Shown: positions 12,841 through 27,797 of the stretch, piece by piece
Layout of the letters: the number at the start of each line of letters is the position of its first letter
Position numbering within the stretch: the stretch's first letter is position 1
Assembly (NCBI GenBank): GCA_012295275.1
Contig: CM022678.1
Coordinates: forward strand, 16,926,001-16,990,000
Reading direction: 5' to 3'
Length of the DNA: 64,000 nucleotides
Source of the DNA: Chrysomallon squamiferum
Lineage: Eukaryota; Animalia; Mollusca
The notes under the pieces: model-generated
The model's input: only the letters and a program-made list of their open reading frames with translations
What the model was told of the DNA's origin: nothing
The model's database searches: none
Translations under genes and position numbers: made by a program

Positions 12841-15017
12841 CAGGGATTCCCAACGTGGGCGATAACGCCCCCTTGTTGGCGTTGGTGAGTTACAAGGGGG
12901 CGTTGTGAGTCTTTTCTTCTTTTGGGGGTCGCCGAACGCACACAAGGGGGCGTTATCTAAAATACATCGTATCACAAATTTAAATATTACTATGTAAAAT
13001 ACACTATAAGCTAGAATTCTATAAACTGTTCACACAAGAATAGTAACAAGCAGTACTATAAAAAGTAAAATTTAATCTTGCATATTGTCCCTTTTGCTCG
13101 CTAATGTTGTTGCGTGAACACAACAATCTCGCTGTATGAACGCGTGAAGTTGTTGACTGCAGCTCAGTCGGTTCCAAGGGAATTGTCCATGGTCAGTTCT
13201 TACGCGGCCGTGATAGTGACAAGTGTTTTTTTTATTACCCTGCTCATATTTATATGCAAAATTGGGGATTAAGATGGGATTCGAATGAAAGTTCCGAACA
13301 TAAAAGTGATAAAACGAACAATTGTGTATATTAGGTCATTGAATGATTGATTTATGCGTGATAATATATGTTTTTAGCCGAAGTTCGTACGTGTGATCTT
13401 ACTGGTCTGTGACTACAGAGTGGGTGTCAATGCTGGTACAGTTAATTCTTCAAATTGAAATCTCACAAATGAGTTGCAAAGTGAAAACTAAAATGCAATT
13501 TAATTATTTTAACTTTATTTTAGTCTTTCATAAGTTAAAAATATATTTGGTACGTTTTAATGAATTTGGCGTTTTAATGAATTTGGAGTGTTTCATAGTA
13601 AATTTTAGTTCGAACGTTTTTGCTTGCAATTAAGCAGTTCGTTACAGTTATTGTGAAACTGTCGAGTTAGTTGGAAAACAGCAACTGCAAAGGTTGCTTA
13701 CAATCATTTAATTAACTTATCCTTATTATAATTTTTCGATTTCAAATAATAAAAAAATACATTGTTTATAAAAAAATAATAATAATAATTTAATAAAACG
13801 TTTAGTTCAAATTAGACATGCTTACTTAAATTGCTATGGTGATATTGTTTGTTTGCCTCTAACTATTTTACTTATTTTCAGTGAATGTATTTAACAACCC
13901 ATAATCATGACTGATAGCACATCAATACGAAAGTGCAGACAAAATAGTGTTGAATATCTGAAGTATGGATTTATTAGTTCTCCAAATAATAAGCAACGAC
14001 CGATGTGCCTTCTTTGTGAGAAAGTGCTCTCAACAAGGCGATGAAACCATCCAGGCTTTCCGAGCACTTTAAAAAGATGCATCCTGACAAAGAGAAAGAG
14101 AATTTGTCATACTTTCAAACGTTACGAGACAAATTTCGCAATAGAAACACCATCGTTTCCATTGCGGCAAAACAATCACGAAAAAGCGACGATGTTCTTA
14201 TTTGTTCATACAATATCTCCAAAATGATTGCTAGCTCAGGAAACCTCACACAATTGTAGAGCAACTGATTTTGCCAGATGTGGAGGAAGTCTTACGTACA
14301 GTAGTACTCCACGATTCACCAAGTGCAATTATCAAAGCAATTCAACATAGTAATAAATCTGTACAAAGAAGAGTTGACGAAATGGCAGCGCATATTGAAG
14401 AAATATCAAAAGTCAACAATTCGGTTTACAGCTGGATGAACCTGCACTACCAGGCGATGAAGCTCTACTTTTGGTATATGCTCGTTTTATTAAAGAAAAG
14501 AATGTTGTGAAAGAACTGCTGTTTGCAAAGGAACTTGAAACGGAGACTCGAGCTGAATCTATTTTTACTGTAGTTGAGCTGTTCTTCAAAGAAAAAAGAT
14601 ATCGCAATGAGCAATATTATTGCTCGTGCGACAGACGGCGCTCCTGCATTAACAGGTCAGTACAAAGGTTTTCTTGCATTTTTAAAGAAAGCTGTACCCA
14701 GTGTTTTTACAATACGTTGCGTAGTTCATCGGTAACATCTGATTGCCAGGAACTTAAGTGATCAGCTTCATATATCTCTTGATGTTGTTATTAAGGCAGT
14801 AAATAAAATAAAGTGTCAACCCCTCAGTTCCCGAATGTTTCGACAACTCTGTAATGACAACGATAAAAAATTTGATCGCCTTCTATTACATACTGAAATG
14901 AGGTGGTTATCCAAAGGAAACTGTTTAAATCGATTTTATTCTCTTTTCAACAGCATAGTGCAATTTCTCCAGGAAAATAAATGTAATCATTTGAGTGATT
15001 ATCTTTTACAGAACTGA
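12841..15017 (+). mobile_element. 3'-truncated hAT DNA transposon of the Buster/Charlie group
   Basis: Starts CAGGGATTCCCAAC, immediately after TTCTAGAG, which fits the NTCTAGAN Charlie target consensus. Subterminal aagggggcgtt repeats and transposase remnants follow. No right TIR was found. Confidence 0.85.
13907..15017 (+). pseudogene. Frameshifted Buster/Charlie transposase (ZBED8/SCAND3/FAM200-like)
   Basis: Motifs across frames: KCRQNSVEYLKYGF...PMCLLC..MKPSRLSEH...H (BED-like zinc finger), QFGLQLDE, TDGAPALTG, CVVHR, LLHTEMRWLSKG. Several frameshifts and stops are present. Confidence 0.88.
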
Positions 15018-16233
15018 TGCCGTCGTTTGCCTACGTCGTTGTCGTCCTTCAGTCCGTCCGTCAGTCAGTGCGGCGTGTCACGTGTAGTGTAAAGACCGCG
15101 GTTTGAATTTCCACCAAATTTCATGTAAGGATTTGCAATTACCGGATACAGAGTCAATTTTTTTCTCTCTCTGATTTTCATATTTCGATGAATATTCTTT
15201 TACTTTTTATATTTTTTTCTGTTTACTTAAAAAAAAAAAATTCTGATTTTCGCTAACAAGAGATCCCCAGAGAGAAAAAAGTTTCAAACATTTCTTATTC
15301 CGAAATCGCAAATAGGATTTTCTGCAAACAAATCCTGGACCATCCTTGTTAAAAGATTTCCAAAATGTTTAGACCTGTATGTTTTAGTTTGCTATTAAAT
15401 AATTAAAAGGCATATATATTTAAAAGAAGAAAAAAGAATAAAAAGATTGAGTGGCCTCAAAGATTTACATAGCTTAGGGCCTCACCAAGTCTAAGTTCGG
15501 CACTGCAGCCAGCGATCTACCCAAAACTACAAGCGCCCACAACAGTCAGTCAAACGTCTACTGATGTCCCTAGCGACAAGGTTAACGATCTCTGCTTTCG
15601 ACAATAGGATCCGTCCTACATGTGATGACGTCACGGCTACAGTAATAAAGCAGCTCCCAGATATTTTTAGCTGTACTTATTTTTTCTGATACTTCTTTAA
15701 CTAGGGGGAATCTCTGGGGCGGGGGAGTGTTTTGAAACTTCTACAGACAGAGTGTTTGAACGCGTAGTTGCTTTAAGCTTCAATTTCATTGTGCTTTACT
15801 ACATATAAAATATTTCTCTTTCTAATGATATACTGATGAAAAGCGTCTGTTGGTCTGAAATAGTGAAGAAACTTTACCGCTTGTGTTGAGCTAAAACATT
15901 TATGTTGGATACACAAAAGGTTGCAACAGCCTGAGCATTTGTTTGCTTGAGTCCCTTTGTAGAAAGAAAGCTTGCAGAAATATCCCTATGAATTCAAAAA
16001 GGTTCAAACATAACAGGTGTTCCATAACGAGGCAGGGGCTACCCAGGACATTTCTAGCTCAAATCAAACGCTGTGTTTCGCAATACGAGATAACGTTCAT
16101 ACAATAAGCTAGGACTTAACCTTTTCCATTAGTGCAGTTTTTATTCAGATCGCACATCAGACAGAAAATAAATACGGCGTTGAAAAGTGGGTAAAAATAT
16201 TTCAAAACATGCACCTTGTAGTATCTTACATGT

Positions 16234-16289
<56 letters not shown>

Positions 16290-16573
16290 TATTATTAAAA
16301 AAAAAAAAAAAAGAAACAAAAAGTAATAAATTATGTAAAAACAACAGGAAAATGAACAAGAAAAAAAAATATACTTAAATTAGCTATTTTAGAAAGAAAT
16401 CACTGAAAATTGAACTAATTTGTTTTGCATTGCCTAAACATTAAATATATTTAATTCTGCGAGCACGCGAGTACACACATACACACAAGCACGAGCGAAC
16501 ACTCACACCTTACACACAAGCAGAGCACACGTTCACAGACTGAAAATATATTTAAACAATTAAACACACTTAC

Positions 16574-16616
16574 CTATCTGCGATAAAACAAACACCAGAA
16601 TTATTACCGGGTACAT
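16574..16616 (-). CDS. Additional leader exon (MYPVIILVFVLSQI) upstream of copy A
   Basis: ATG at 16616 and a phase-1 AG|gtaagt donor. Its upstream flank (16620-17950) is homologous to 33660-35100. Confidence 0.55.
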
Positions 16617-18254
16617 TTTTAATTCAACTTCCGTTCGAGAAAATCGTATATCTCAATGTTCTAGTAAATTCGACGGCGAGAAAGTTATTCGAGTTCCCAG
16701 TATATGTTCTTCTATTCGTAACAGACTATCTTAACATATACTTTAGACGAAGAAGAAAGAAAGAAAAAATACATATATTTTTGAAAGAAAACTAGAATGT
16801 GCTGTCGTTTGTAATGGCTTCTGTCCTACTTGCAGTTTCAGTTTCCTTGTAGGTCATAGAACTAAAATAAACATTTTCTCATATTTTGCAATGACGCATG
16901 TCTGTAGTTAGAGTAGAGATCATACTACACTGGAGATACTTCCCTTTGTATGTACTTACGAATGTACACGCACTGATTCATACCTACATGTATAGATACA
17001 TACACACATGTACACATAGATACATACACACATACGTACATGTATGTATGTACGTATAGGCCTACACGCATATAGCAAGGGAGGAACAAAATATTTAATA
17101 TTTTCCTGTTTATTTATTTATTTACGTATTTATTTATTTTCTATTTCGCATTAATTTAGAAAAGTGATACATTGAAAAGAATATCGCTTTGATGTATGAA
17201 AGGAAGTAAAACACGCCGTTTTAAATGAAACAGGTTTTAACTTTTCCTTTAATAGCTTAAACAATAAACATAAATGTGAGTGTTTAAACCAGCTGTTGAA
17301 ACACATAACAGTAAATACGTTGACAATGTTCACCGACCTATCGCTGTGTATCCGGCATTGTTGGGCGGACAGGACAGAAAATACTTATGATACTCATATA
17401 ACCTCATTACCACCTAAGACAAGTACATCGTTCTTAAATCTAATTTGTTTTAATGAATTTAAATAATTACCTCAGTATATTTACACCAAAAATCTAGATT
17501 TTCTATCTCGTGCAGAGCTCCTGAAACAGTTCATTTATATTTGTATTTAATGGAAATGTACAAATGCTATTTAATTTTTTTGTAATGCTAAGTGTGTTTT
17601 CTTTTTCTTTTATTAAATAGTTACTTTATTTAATAATTTTTGTTCCTTATTAAAACAAAATGAAAAGGATTTGAAAAAAACTTAAATTAAATTAAATTTA
17701 TTATTACTGGATAATTATTTTAAATGGATAATTTTTGAAAGTACATTTTGGAAATTAAAATAATTCAATAAATTAATTAAAATGAAGTTAATTCAGCAAA
17801 ATAAAACAAATAAAATTAAATAAAAAAATTAAATAAAATAAAATAAAATACAACTAATAAATGAAGACAAATGAAATGAAGTTAAATAATCGAATTAAAA
17901 TAAAATGTAATAAATGGAAATTAAATAAATATAAATTAAATTAAATAAATTACTTAAATTAAAATAAAATAAAGCATGTATATCTCTCTCTGTATATTAA
18001 AATTTCACTTATCAGCACAGTTTCTGGGTATCATGCGCTTCTACTATATCATTCTTTTCGGATATTTGCTTAGTATCGACGTAATTTCAGACAACTCTTC
18101 TCGATTGATGCAATGTCAGAAATTATGCGTGCAGGCACACACACACACACGAATGGCGACACATATAAAATCTCACAGACACACATATATACAAATAAAA
18201 ACACACAACAAGCATGCAAACACAAACATCACCACATGAAAGTTACGGGTGTCA

Positions 18255-20657
18255 AAGCGATCTACCCAAAAGGGCAAACTGCCCACAGTAGTCAAATGCG
18301 TACTCTTGTCTCTAACAACAACCTTAACGACCTCTGCTTATGAGCAAAAGGATAAGACCTATATGTAATAACATAACAGCTACGGAAACAAAGACAGGTC
18401 CCTGATATTTTGTGTACTGTACTCAGTGTTGTTAATTAAAATTTAATTGGAGGGCGTTGAGGAAAATTATAGACATTAGATTTATTTTTACTATTGTGTA
18501 TCAGAATAGATTAAAAATGCATTTGACACACTACGTGAAATTCAAACAGCATTTAGGAAGGACTATTGTTAAAACGACTAAGTTGACACATGTGGAGACT
18601 AGAATGCAAATTTTGGTGCGGTGTACACAGTAGACACGTGTTCTAAAATCTGCAATGATCTCCATAACTGACTTGTTCACTTACCATACAAATTATTGTC
18701 ATTAAGTTCTAAATTCACGAATCCCGAACTGGTATGCTTAATGCGACTTTGACTGTAATTATCAAAAAATAATAAAGCTTCAAACTAATGCACTAATGTG
18801 TTTCGATGTGTAATTGCTTTATCTTCAATTTCACTGGGTTTTTCTACAACATATAAAATATGGCTGTTTCTAATGATATATATATATATAACAAACGAGT
18901 CTGTTCTCGGAAACAGTGAAGAAACTTTATGAAAGTTTTTCAATAGTGTGTTACGAACTACTAATATAGGCTGTTTGGGTTATCTTATATATTCAATATG
19001 TGTGTGTGTGTGTGTACATATAAGTATGTATACACAGACATAAATTATTTAAAAGAACGAGAACAAAAAATACAACAACAAGGTAATTAATTTATCTAAA
19101 AAGTATAAGTCTATAGAAGAAATCTAAATTATTTAATTGAGGAACACTAAGAACGGGAAATAATTCTACGGTTCCATGTATTTTTTATACAAATCATCCC
19201 GGTTAGCCGATAGTTGTTTTCTCATAATCGAATGTACGTATATTTCCGAACCGACCCTGTGGGTAAACTATTATATATTTCTTTTTTTATATTTTAAATT
19301 TTGTGGGATGTGGAATTATGTTTCATTTATTTATACTTAACTACCCCAAGTTTATAATGTAATCAGTTGAATATTGTTGAAAGTTACGGGTGTCAGATAA
19401 GAAAAGTTATGTAAGCTCGACATAATGCTAGTCCTGGATTTAGCTACAAGCTAAACGACAACAGCTTAGAGGCTCGCAATCTGCTTTGGGCCTGAAGAAG
19501 ATTCCAGATTAGGTCTTATACTAATTTTCATGTACTACCGCTGTACGAATTGTCACTAAATTCAATGTGATTAGAATTACCGGACGCAGAGTCGTCTTTC
19601 CTCTGATTTTCAAAATCAGATTTGAAACAAGATCTCCTCCGACACCGCGAATCCGATACACGCTAAAGAAACCATGGATCAACTGAGGAAGAAACCCCAC
19701 AAAAAGATTTAAAATATATCCAATATTTTTAGATTTGTATTTTTTTACTTTGCTCTTAAAAGGCTTATAAACTTTCAAGTTTTCTGACACCAGTTGGAAA
19801 AAATTAAAAAGAAAAAATGAAAGAAAAAATGAGGGGAGGCCTCACGCCTTTCTATAGCTTAGGGCCTCACCAATTCTAAATTCGGCACTGCAGCCAGCAA
19901 TCTACCCCAAAAAGCAAACCGCCAACAAGAGACAGTCAAACGCGTACTCATGTCCCTAGGGAAAAGGATAACGACCTCGGCTTTAAACAAAAAGGATATA
20001 TCCTATGCGTAAAGACGTCCCTACTACAGAAAAAAAGAAGAAGAAAACAGAAAACAGCACCCAGATATTTCTATACTCTACTCAGTGTTGTTAATTAAGA
20101 TTTAATTGGAGGGCTTTTATGAAAATTACAGACACATTAGATTTCCTTTTACTATTGTGTTTAACAAGAGATTAAATATTCAATTTATACACTACTTGAA
20201 ATTCAATGAGCATTAAGGAAGGACTATTGTTAAAACGACTAAGTTTACACATGAGGAGACTAAGTTTTGTGCGGTGTACACAGGAAAGATGTGCTCTAAA
20301 ATTTGCAATGACCTCCATAACTGACTTGTTCACTTACCATCAAATTATTGTCATTAAGTTCATTTATGGTGAATTCTGATTTGTTATGCTTAACGCTACT
20401 TTGACTGTAATTAACAAAAAGTAATATAGCTTCAATCTACTACACAGTGTTTGGATCAGTAATTGCTTTAGTCTTCAATTTCACTTTTTACTACATATGT
20501 AATATTGCTGTTTCTAATGATATAACTAACAAACCAATCTGTTCTCGGAAACAGTGAAGAAATTTTATGAAAGTTTTTCAATAGTGTATGACAGACTACT
20601 AATATAGGCTGTTTGGGTTATCTTATATATTCAGTATGTATATGTGTATAGATGTGA

Positions 20658-20688
<31 letters not shown>

Positions 20689-21010
20689 TGTGTGTGTGTG
20701 TGTGTGTTTGCATATAAAATCTTTAAAAGAACGACAACAAAAAGGTAATTAATTATATAAAAAGTAAAAGTCTGAAGAAGAAATCTAAATTATTTAATTT
20801 AAGAACACTAAGAACGGGAAATAAACTTTACGGCTCCATGTGTGTTTTATACCAAACATCCCGACTAGGCGATAGTCGTTTTCTCATAAACAGATCCACG
20901 TATATTTCCCAACCGAGTCTATGTGGAAACTATTATTTTTTTGTTTATATTTTAAATTGTGTGGGATGTAGAATTATATTTCATTTATTTATACAGAACT
21001 ACCAAGTTTA
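18255..21010 (+). repeat. Tandem duplication of an intron-1-derived block (about 18255-19350 and 19895-21010)
   Basis: Shared gcgatctacccaaa, ggactattgttaaaacgactaagtt and ctactaatataggctgtttgggttatc at about 1.6-1.7 kb offset. Confidence 0.75.
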
Positions 21011-22256
21011 AAATATTATTGTTTTAACATTATGTTTCCCTGTATTCGTATAAAACAAACAAAAGAATTACTACCGGGACATTTTTAATTAAGATTCCGT
21101 CTGCGTGAATCAACAACTCAATGTTCTTCTAAATTCTTCATCGAAAAAGTTAATCAAGTTTCAGTATTTGATCTTCTATACCTAACACATTATCTTAATA
21201 TTTTGAATACTTTAGACGAAGAAAAATAAAAATGACAGAAATTACTTAAACTTTTGCAAAAATTCTAGAACGTAAGTCGTGAATAAAAACTGCTCTAATG
21301 TAAAATGTTAAGTCGTGTCTTTGTGTTTACTGCGTGAACGTTATCTCGTATTGCGAACCAGAGAGATTGATTTCAGTCAGAACTGTCTGGGTAGCCAGCA
21401 CCTCGTTATGGTTCACCTGTTTTGTTTCAACCTTTTAATCTGATCGTGTTATTCTACAAGCATTCGTCCTATGAACAGATTCAACCAAACTATTTTCATA
21501 AACATATTTTTAGAAAGAGCAATATTTTAAATATAGTAAAACAGTGTGAAATTGAAGCTTAAAGCAACTACGCGGTCAAACACTTGTAGGAGCCTCTAAA
21601 CACTCACCCGTCTCCAAACATTCTCCCAGGTTATGTAGGTCTATACGTTTAAATAAAATGTAAAGCTTTCAGTCGTAAAATTTAGTTGGTTTAAGCATAA
21701 TTTATTTGTATTTATACCGCATAAACGTTTGCACTCTGGCCTCCATATGTGTACACTTTGTTATTTGTATAATAATCCTTGTTAAATCTGCTTGAACTTC
21801 GAATAAAAGCTCAAATACAATTTTAATCTATTATTTTACACAGTAGTAAAAATAAATGAAACTGATTTATAATTCTCCCCCACCAAGTTAATTTTGATTA
21901 ATAACGAAGTATCACTAGAAATTAGTAGTTTAACAACACTGTGTACAGTATAAAAAAATATCTGGGAGCTGTTTTTATTTCTGTAGCCGTGACATCATCA
22001 CATGTAGGACGTATCGTTTTGCTCTAAAGCAGAGGTCGTTAACCTTGTCGCTCGGGACTTCAGTAGACGTTTCACTGACTGTTGTGGACCCTTTGCCTTT
22101 TTGGATTGATCGCAGAGTCGAATTTAGTCTTGGTGATGTCCTCGTCTATATAAAGCCCTGAGGACCCCATTTTTTTCTCTCTCTTATTTTTTCTCCTTCT
22201 CCTTTTTATGTATATGACTTTCAATTATTTAATAGCAAATTTACACATATACACAC

Positions 22257-22370
<114 letters not shown>

Positions 22371-23426
22371 AAACTTACGTTCGCATACATCTCTACATGA
22401 CAGACTGCTTCTATGATTAAGGAAAAAAGTGATAAGATCATTATTTGATTTAAGTTTTTACCTTATTATAACAACAATTGTTAATATATATATATATATA
22501 TGGTGTTTGTTTGTTTATGAATGGGTCTGGGTTTTGATGTCTGTGTGTGTGTATTTGTGGGGTATGCGTTTGTGTATTTGCGTTTGTTTCTGTCAGTTTT
22601 TTCACACAATGTGGAGCTGATTCTTGTGAAATTACTTCCTTGCTGTGTTTCTTTCTGTGTGTCTAGAATTTTTGGCATTGCATCAACAGAGAAGAGTCCA
22701 GTGAACTTAATTCCTTATTTAGAAAATAATACCAAAAATTAACATAGTAGAAACACAAAATTAAATTTAATTGAATGGTTTCCCAAGGACAGCAGCAGAC
22801 AGAAAAATCTGGAATTTTAGTCCAAAAATATTGATTATTAAAATTAATTAGATTTAAGAATAATATACTTGTCTTAGACAACGAGCTTTTATGAGTCGCA
22901 AAAGTTTAGTTTGTTCTCTCCACCAAACATTGCCGGATACACAGCGATAGGTAGCCAACCTTTTCAACTGGGTCAGTTGGTAGACTTATTTACAGTTATG
23001 TACATTGACAGCTGGTTTTTGTTGAATGTTTAAGCTATTAGCGGTACAAATACCTGTAACATTTAAAATGACGGGTTTTTGCTTTTTTTCATACATGAAA
23101 GTTATTTTTTTATCACTTTTGTAAATAAATTTAAAATAGTCAAAAATCTAATAAATTAAAAATAGATAAATAAAGAAATAATTATAATAATAATAATAAC
23201 AACAACAACAACAATAATAATAATTAAAAAATAATTAAAAAAAGGAAAATATTAAATAATTTGTTCCTTGTTACGAGTGTTTCTCGCTTCCTGTGTGCAT
23301 TTAAGCCTATATATATATATATATATATATATATTATGTTTGTATGTATGTATGTATCTATGTAAACTTTTATGAATCTATGTATATTTATATGAATGTA
23401 TAATTGTATATATATATATATATATA

Positions 23427-23466
<40 letters not shown>

Positions 23467-23857
23467 TATATGTACATATGAATCACAAAATGTACATTCG
23501 TAGGTGCATACAAAAGAAACTTTGCCAGCGTAGTATGATCTCTATTCTAAATATAGACATGCGTCAGTGTAAAATTTGAGAAAATGTTTATTTTTAAATC
23601 TGACAAACTTCACCACCTACAAGGAAACCGAAACTGCAAGTAGGACCAAAGCGACCATAAACGACTGAACTTTCTGGTATTACTGGAAAAATATAAGTAT
23701 TTTTTGTTTCTTTCTTCTTCGGCTGAAGTATTTAACATGTCAAGATAGTTTGTTACTGATAGAAGAGCAGATACCGGAAACTCGAATAATTTTCTCGCTC
23801 ACGAATTTACAAGAATATTGACATACCCGATTCTCGCTGACGAAAGTTCAATTTAAA

Positions 23858-23900
23858 ATGTTCCCGATGATAATTCTGCTGTTTCTTTTATTGCAGACAG
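23858..23900 (+). CDS. Orphan leader exon (MFPMIILLFLLLQT)
   Basis: ATG at 23858, CAG|gtaagt donor, same family as the other leaders. Confidence 0.55.
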
Positions 23901-25603
23901 GTAAGTGTGGTATGAATTCTTTAAATATGTATTTGAATCAGTGTGCTGCATTTCTGTCGAATGTCTGTATGTGCGTAAGCTCGTGCATATTTTTAGTATC
24001 TTAAATATGTTAGAAACACTTACATGTTTAGGTCACATAAAATAATTTTATTCTAAAATAATTTAATTATTTTATATTGTGTTGAAAATAACGACACACT
24101 GTAATGAGAAAGCTGAGCCAGGGAAACATCATATTCAGATAATTAAATTGTATACTTGGTAGTTAAGTATAAATGAATGAAATATAATCCTAAATCCCAC
24201 ATAATATATAATATCTATGTATATATCCATCTATCTAGCTAGCTTTTTCTCTATACATATGCAACATGTTTCAAATACACTTTGCGCCAAAATATACCTA
24301 CATCTGATGAAGAAAGAAAACAAAACAATTATTGGCCCATCGGAAAATTTGATATAAAAATACATATAGACGTATAATTTATTTCCAGTCATTTGCGTTC
24401 CTAAATCAAATAATTTTTCTTCTTTTATCTTCAAATAATACAATTTTATGTGTAGATATTGTACATATTAGATTCTCCAAAGTGCCTGTATTAGTAGTCC
24501 GTAATACAGTATTGAAAACATTTCGAAAAGTTTCTTCACTATTTCATAAATATGTCATTAGAAAGAGCAATATTTTATATATCGTATAACACAGTGAAAC
24601 TGAAGCTAAATCAACTACGCAGTCAAACATTAAACACTCACCCGCCTTATGTGTGTACTCGCGTGCTTTTGTTTCTTTCTGAATTAGATGTATTTAATGT
24701 TTAGACCACGTAAAATAAAATAGTTCAATTTTATTGTGTTAAAAATAACCGGGAACCCTAATGAGAAAACTGTGACAGGGAAACATAATATTAAAATAAT
24801 TAAATTGTAAACTTGGTAGTGTACCAGCCTCAAAACATTATCATGCACCCAAAGTTTGTCACCAAATAGAATTTAGAGTATACAATCATACATTTTTGTT
24901 GATTTATGCAAAATGTATGTTTGTTAATTACAATGAACGTTGCGTTAAGCATAGTGATTCGGGATTCGTTAGTTAACAACTTAATGACAACTATTTCTGT
25001 AGTACTTGAAGAAGTCAGTTATGGAGATCAATGTAGAATTTAAAATACACATGCTTTTCTGCAATCAGGACAAATTTTTCCATTTTATTATCCACATAAT
25101 GTATAAATTTAATCATTTGTATGATAATCCTTAATAAATCCTTCTTGAATTGTAAATCGTATATCATTTCAATGTACAACTTTAATGACTTATTTAACAC
25201 AGAAGTAAAAATAAATGTAATAGGTCTTTAATTTTCCCCCTCTCCAGTCAATTTAATCTTAACTAACAAGACTGACTACAGTTTAAAAATATCTACCCGA
25301 TGTCTTTATATCGGTATCGATGACCTCATCACGAGAAAAGAAAATATTTTCCGGCCTGACACGACTTATATTCTAAATATAGACATGTGTCATTGTACAA
25401 ATATGAAAACATGTTTGTTTTTAAATACGATCTATTCCACATGGCGGACAAGGAAACTGAAACTATAGATAGGGGCCGAAGCGACTATAAACGACATTCG
25501 TTATAGAAGTTTTGCAAAAGTTTAAGTAATTTTTGTCATTTTATTTTTCTTCCTGAAAAGTATTTGAAATATCCGATTCACGCAGACGGAATCTTAATTA
25601 AAA

Positions 25604-25646
25604 ATGTCCCCAGTAATAATTCTGCTGTTGCTTTTATCTGAGACAG
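25604..25646 (+). CDS. Orphan leader exon (MSPVIILLLLLSET) with a GC donor
   Basis: ATG at 25604 and CAG|gcaagt. Confidence 0.45.
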
Positions 25647-25968
25647 GCAAGTGTGTTTGAAGTGTTTAAAAAGGTTTTCAGTGTGTGTATGTGTACTCTG
25701 TTTTATGTGTCAGGTGCGCTCATTGTTCGCTGTATGTGTGTACTCTCGAGTTTGTGTTACTTTCTGAATTAGACACATTTAATCTTTAGGCTACATACAA
25801 TAAATTAGTTAAAAATAACCAGGAAGTATAATGAGAAAACTGTTACAGGGAAACATAATATTCAAATTGTAAATTTGGTAGTTAACTATGGATAAATATA
25901 ATATAACTCTAAATCATAAATAATTTATAATACAGAAAAATATAATCGTGTATACATAGACTCGGCTA

Positions 25969-26207
25969 TACATTGTTTATAAAAAAAAAATTGTTAATAA
26001 AACGTTTAGTTCAAATTAGACATGCTTACTTAAATTGCTATGGTGAAATTCTTTGTTTGCCTCTAACTATTTTACTTATTTTCAGTAAATGTATTTAACA
26101 ACCCATAATTATGACTGATAGCTCATCAAAACGAAAGTGCAGACAAAATAGTATTGAATATCTGAAGTATGGGTTTATTAGTTCACCAAATAATAAGCAA
26201 TGACCGA
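25969..26207 (+). mobile_element. Internal fragment of the same hAT family (5' leader and start of the transposase)
   Basis: Matches about 13758-14003 (tagacatgcttacttaaattgctatggtg...atgactgatagc...ctgaagtatgg). Confidence 0.85.
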
Positions 26208-27464
26208 ATACAGTTTGAAAAGATCTAGGCGAGTCTTTGTACCGATATCCATGACCTCATCACGAGAAAAGGAAATATTTTCCGGCGTTACACGACTTAT
26301 ATTCTAAATATAGACATGTGTCATTGTACAAATATGGAAAAAACATGGTTATGTTTAAATACGATCTATTCCCCATAAGCTACAAAGAAACTGAAGCTAT
26401 AGATAGGGGCCGAAGGGACTATAATTTTTGCAAAAGTTTAAGTAATTTCTGTCATTTTTATTTTTCTTCGTCTAAAGTATTCAAAATATTAAGATAATGT
26501 GTTAGGTATAGAAGATCAAATACTGAAACTTGATTAACTTTTTCGATGAAGAATTTAGAAGAACATTGAGTTGTTGATTCACGCAGACGGAATCTTAATT
26601 AAAAATGTCCCGGTAGTAATTCTTTTGTTTGTTTTATACGAATACAGGGAAACATAATGTTAAAACAATAATATTTTAAACTTGGTAGTTCTGTATAAAT
26701 AAATGAAATATAATTCTACATCCCACACAATTTAAAATATAAACAAAAAAATAATAGTTTCCACATAGACTCGGTTGGGAAATATACGTAGATCTGTTTA
26801 TGAGAAAACAACTATCGCCTAATCAATATGTTTGGTATAAAACACACATGGAGCCGTAAAGTTTATTTCCCGTTCTTAGTGTTCTTAAATTAAATAATTT
26901 AGATTTCTTCTTCAGACTTTTACTTTTTATATAATTAATTACCTTTTTGTTGTCGTTCTTTTAAAGATTTTATATGCAAACACACACACACACACACACA
27001 CACTCACATCTATACACATATACATACTGAATATATAAGATAACCCAAACAGCCTATATTAGTATTCTGTCATACACTATTGAAAAACTTTCATAAAATT
27101 TCTTCACTGTTTCCGAGAACAGATTGGTTTGTTAGTTATATCATTAGAAACAGCAATATTACATATGTAGTAAAAAGTGAAATTGAAGACTAAAGCAATT
27201 ACTGATCCAAACACTGTGTAGTAGTTTGAAGCTATATTACTTTTTGTTAATTACAGTCAAAGTCGCGTTAAGCATAACAAATCAGAATTCACCATTTATG
27301 AACTTAATGACAATAATTTGATGGTAAGTGAACAAGTCAGTTATGGAGGTCATTGCAAATTTTAGAACACATCTTTCCTGTGTACACCGCACAAAGCTTA
27401 GTCTCCTCATGTGTAAACTTAGTCGTTTTAACAATAGTCCTTCCTTAGCAATACGTAACTGAAC

Positions 27465-27664
27465 NNNNNNNNNNNNNNNNNNNNNNNNNNNNNNNNNNNN
27501 NNNNNNNNNNNNNNNNNNNNNNNNNNNNNNNNNNNNNNNNNNNNNNNNNNNNNNNNNNNNNNNNNNNNNNNNNNNNNNNNNNNNNNNNNNNNNNNNNNNN
27601 NNNNNNNNNNNNNNNNNNNNNNNNNNNNNNNNNNNNNNNNNNNNNNNNNNNNNNNNNNNNNNNN
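27465..27664. other. Assembly gap (200 N)
   Basis: Run of N. Confidence 1.
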
Positions 27665-27703
27665 CAATAATGAAATGAAGAATGAAATAAAATTAAATAA
27701 TAC

Positions 27704-27797
27704 CTCAAAATAAACCATACAGCTAAAGAAGTCGACAATAAAATCGAAAAAATTATCACTCCATACATAACTGTCCACCCGTCAAAGTAGAATTTCA
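27704..27797 (-). CDS. Transmembrane exon of copy B
   Basis: 94 nt, tttttcag acceptor, AG|gtatt donor, hydrophobic stretch of about 22 aa, homologous to 39690-39789. Confidence 0.8.
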
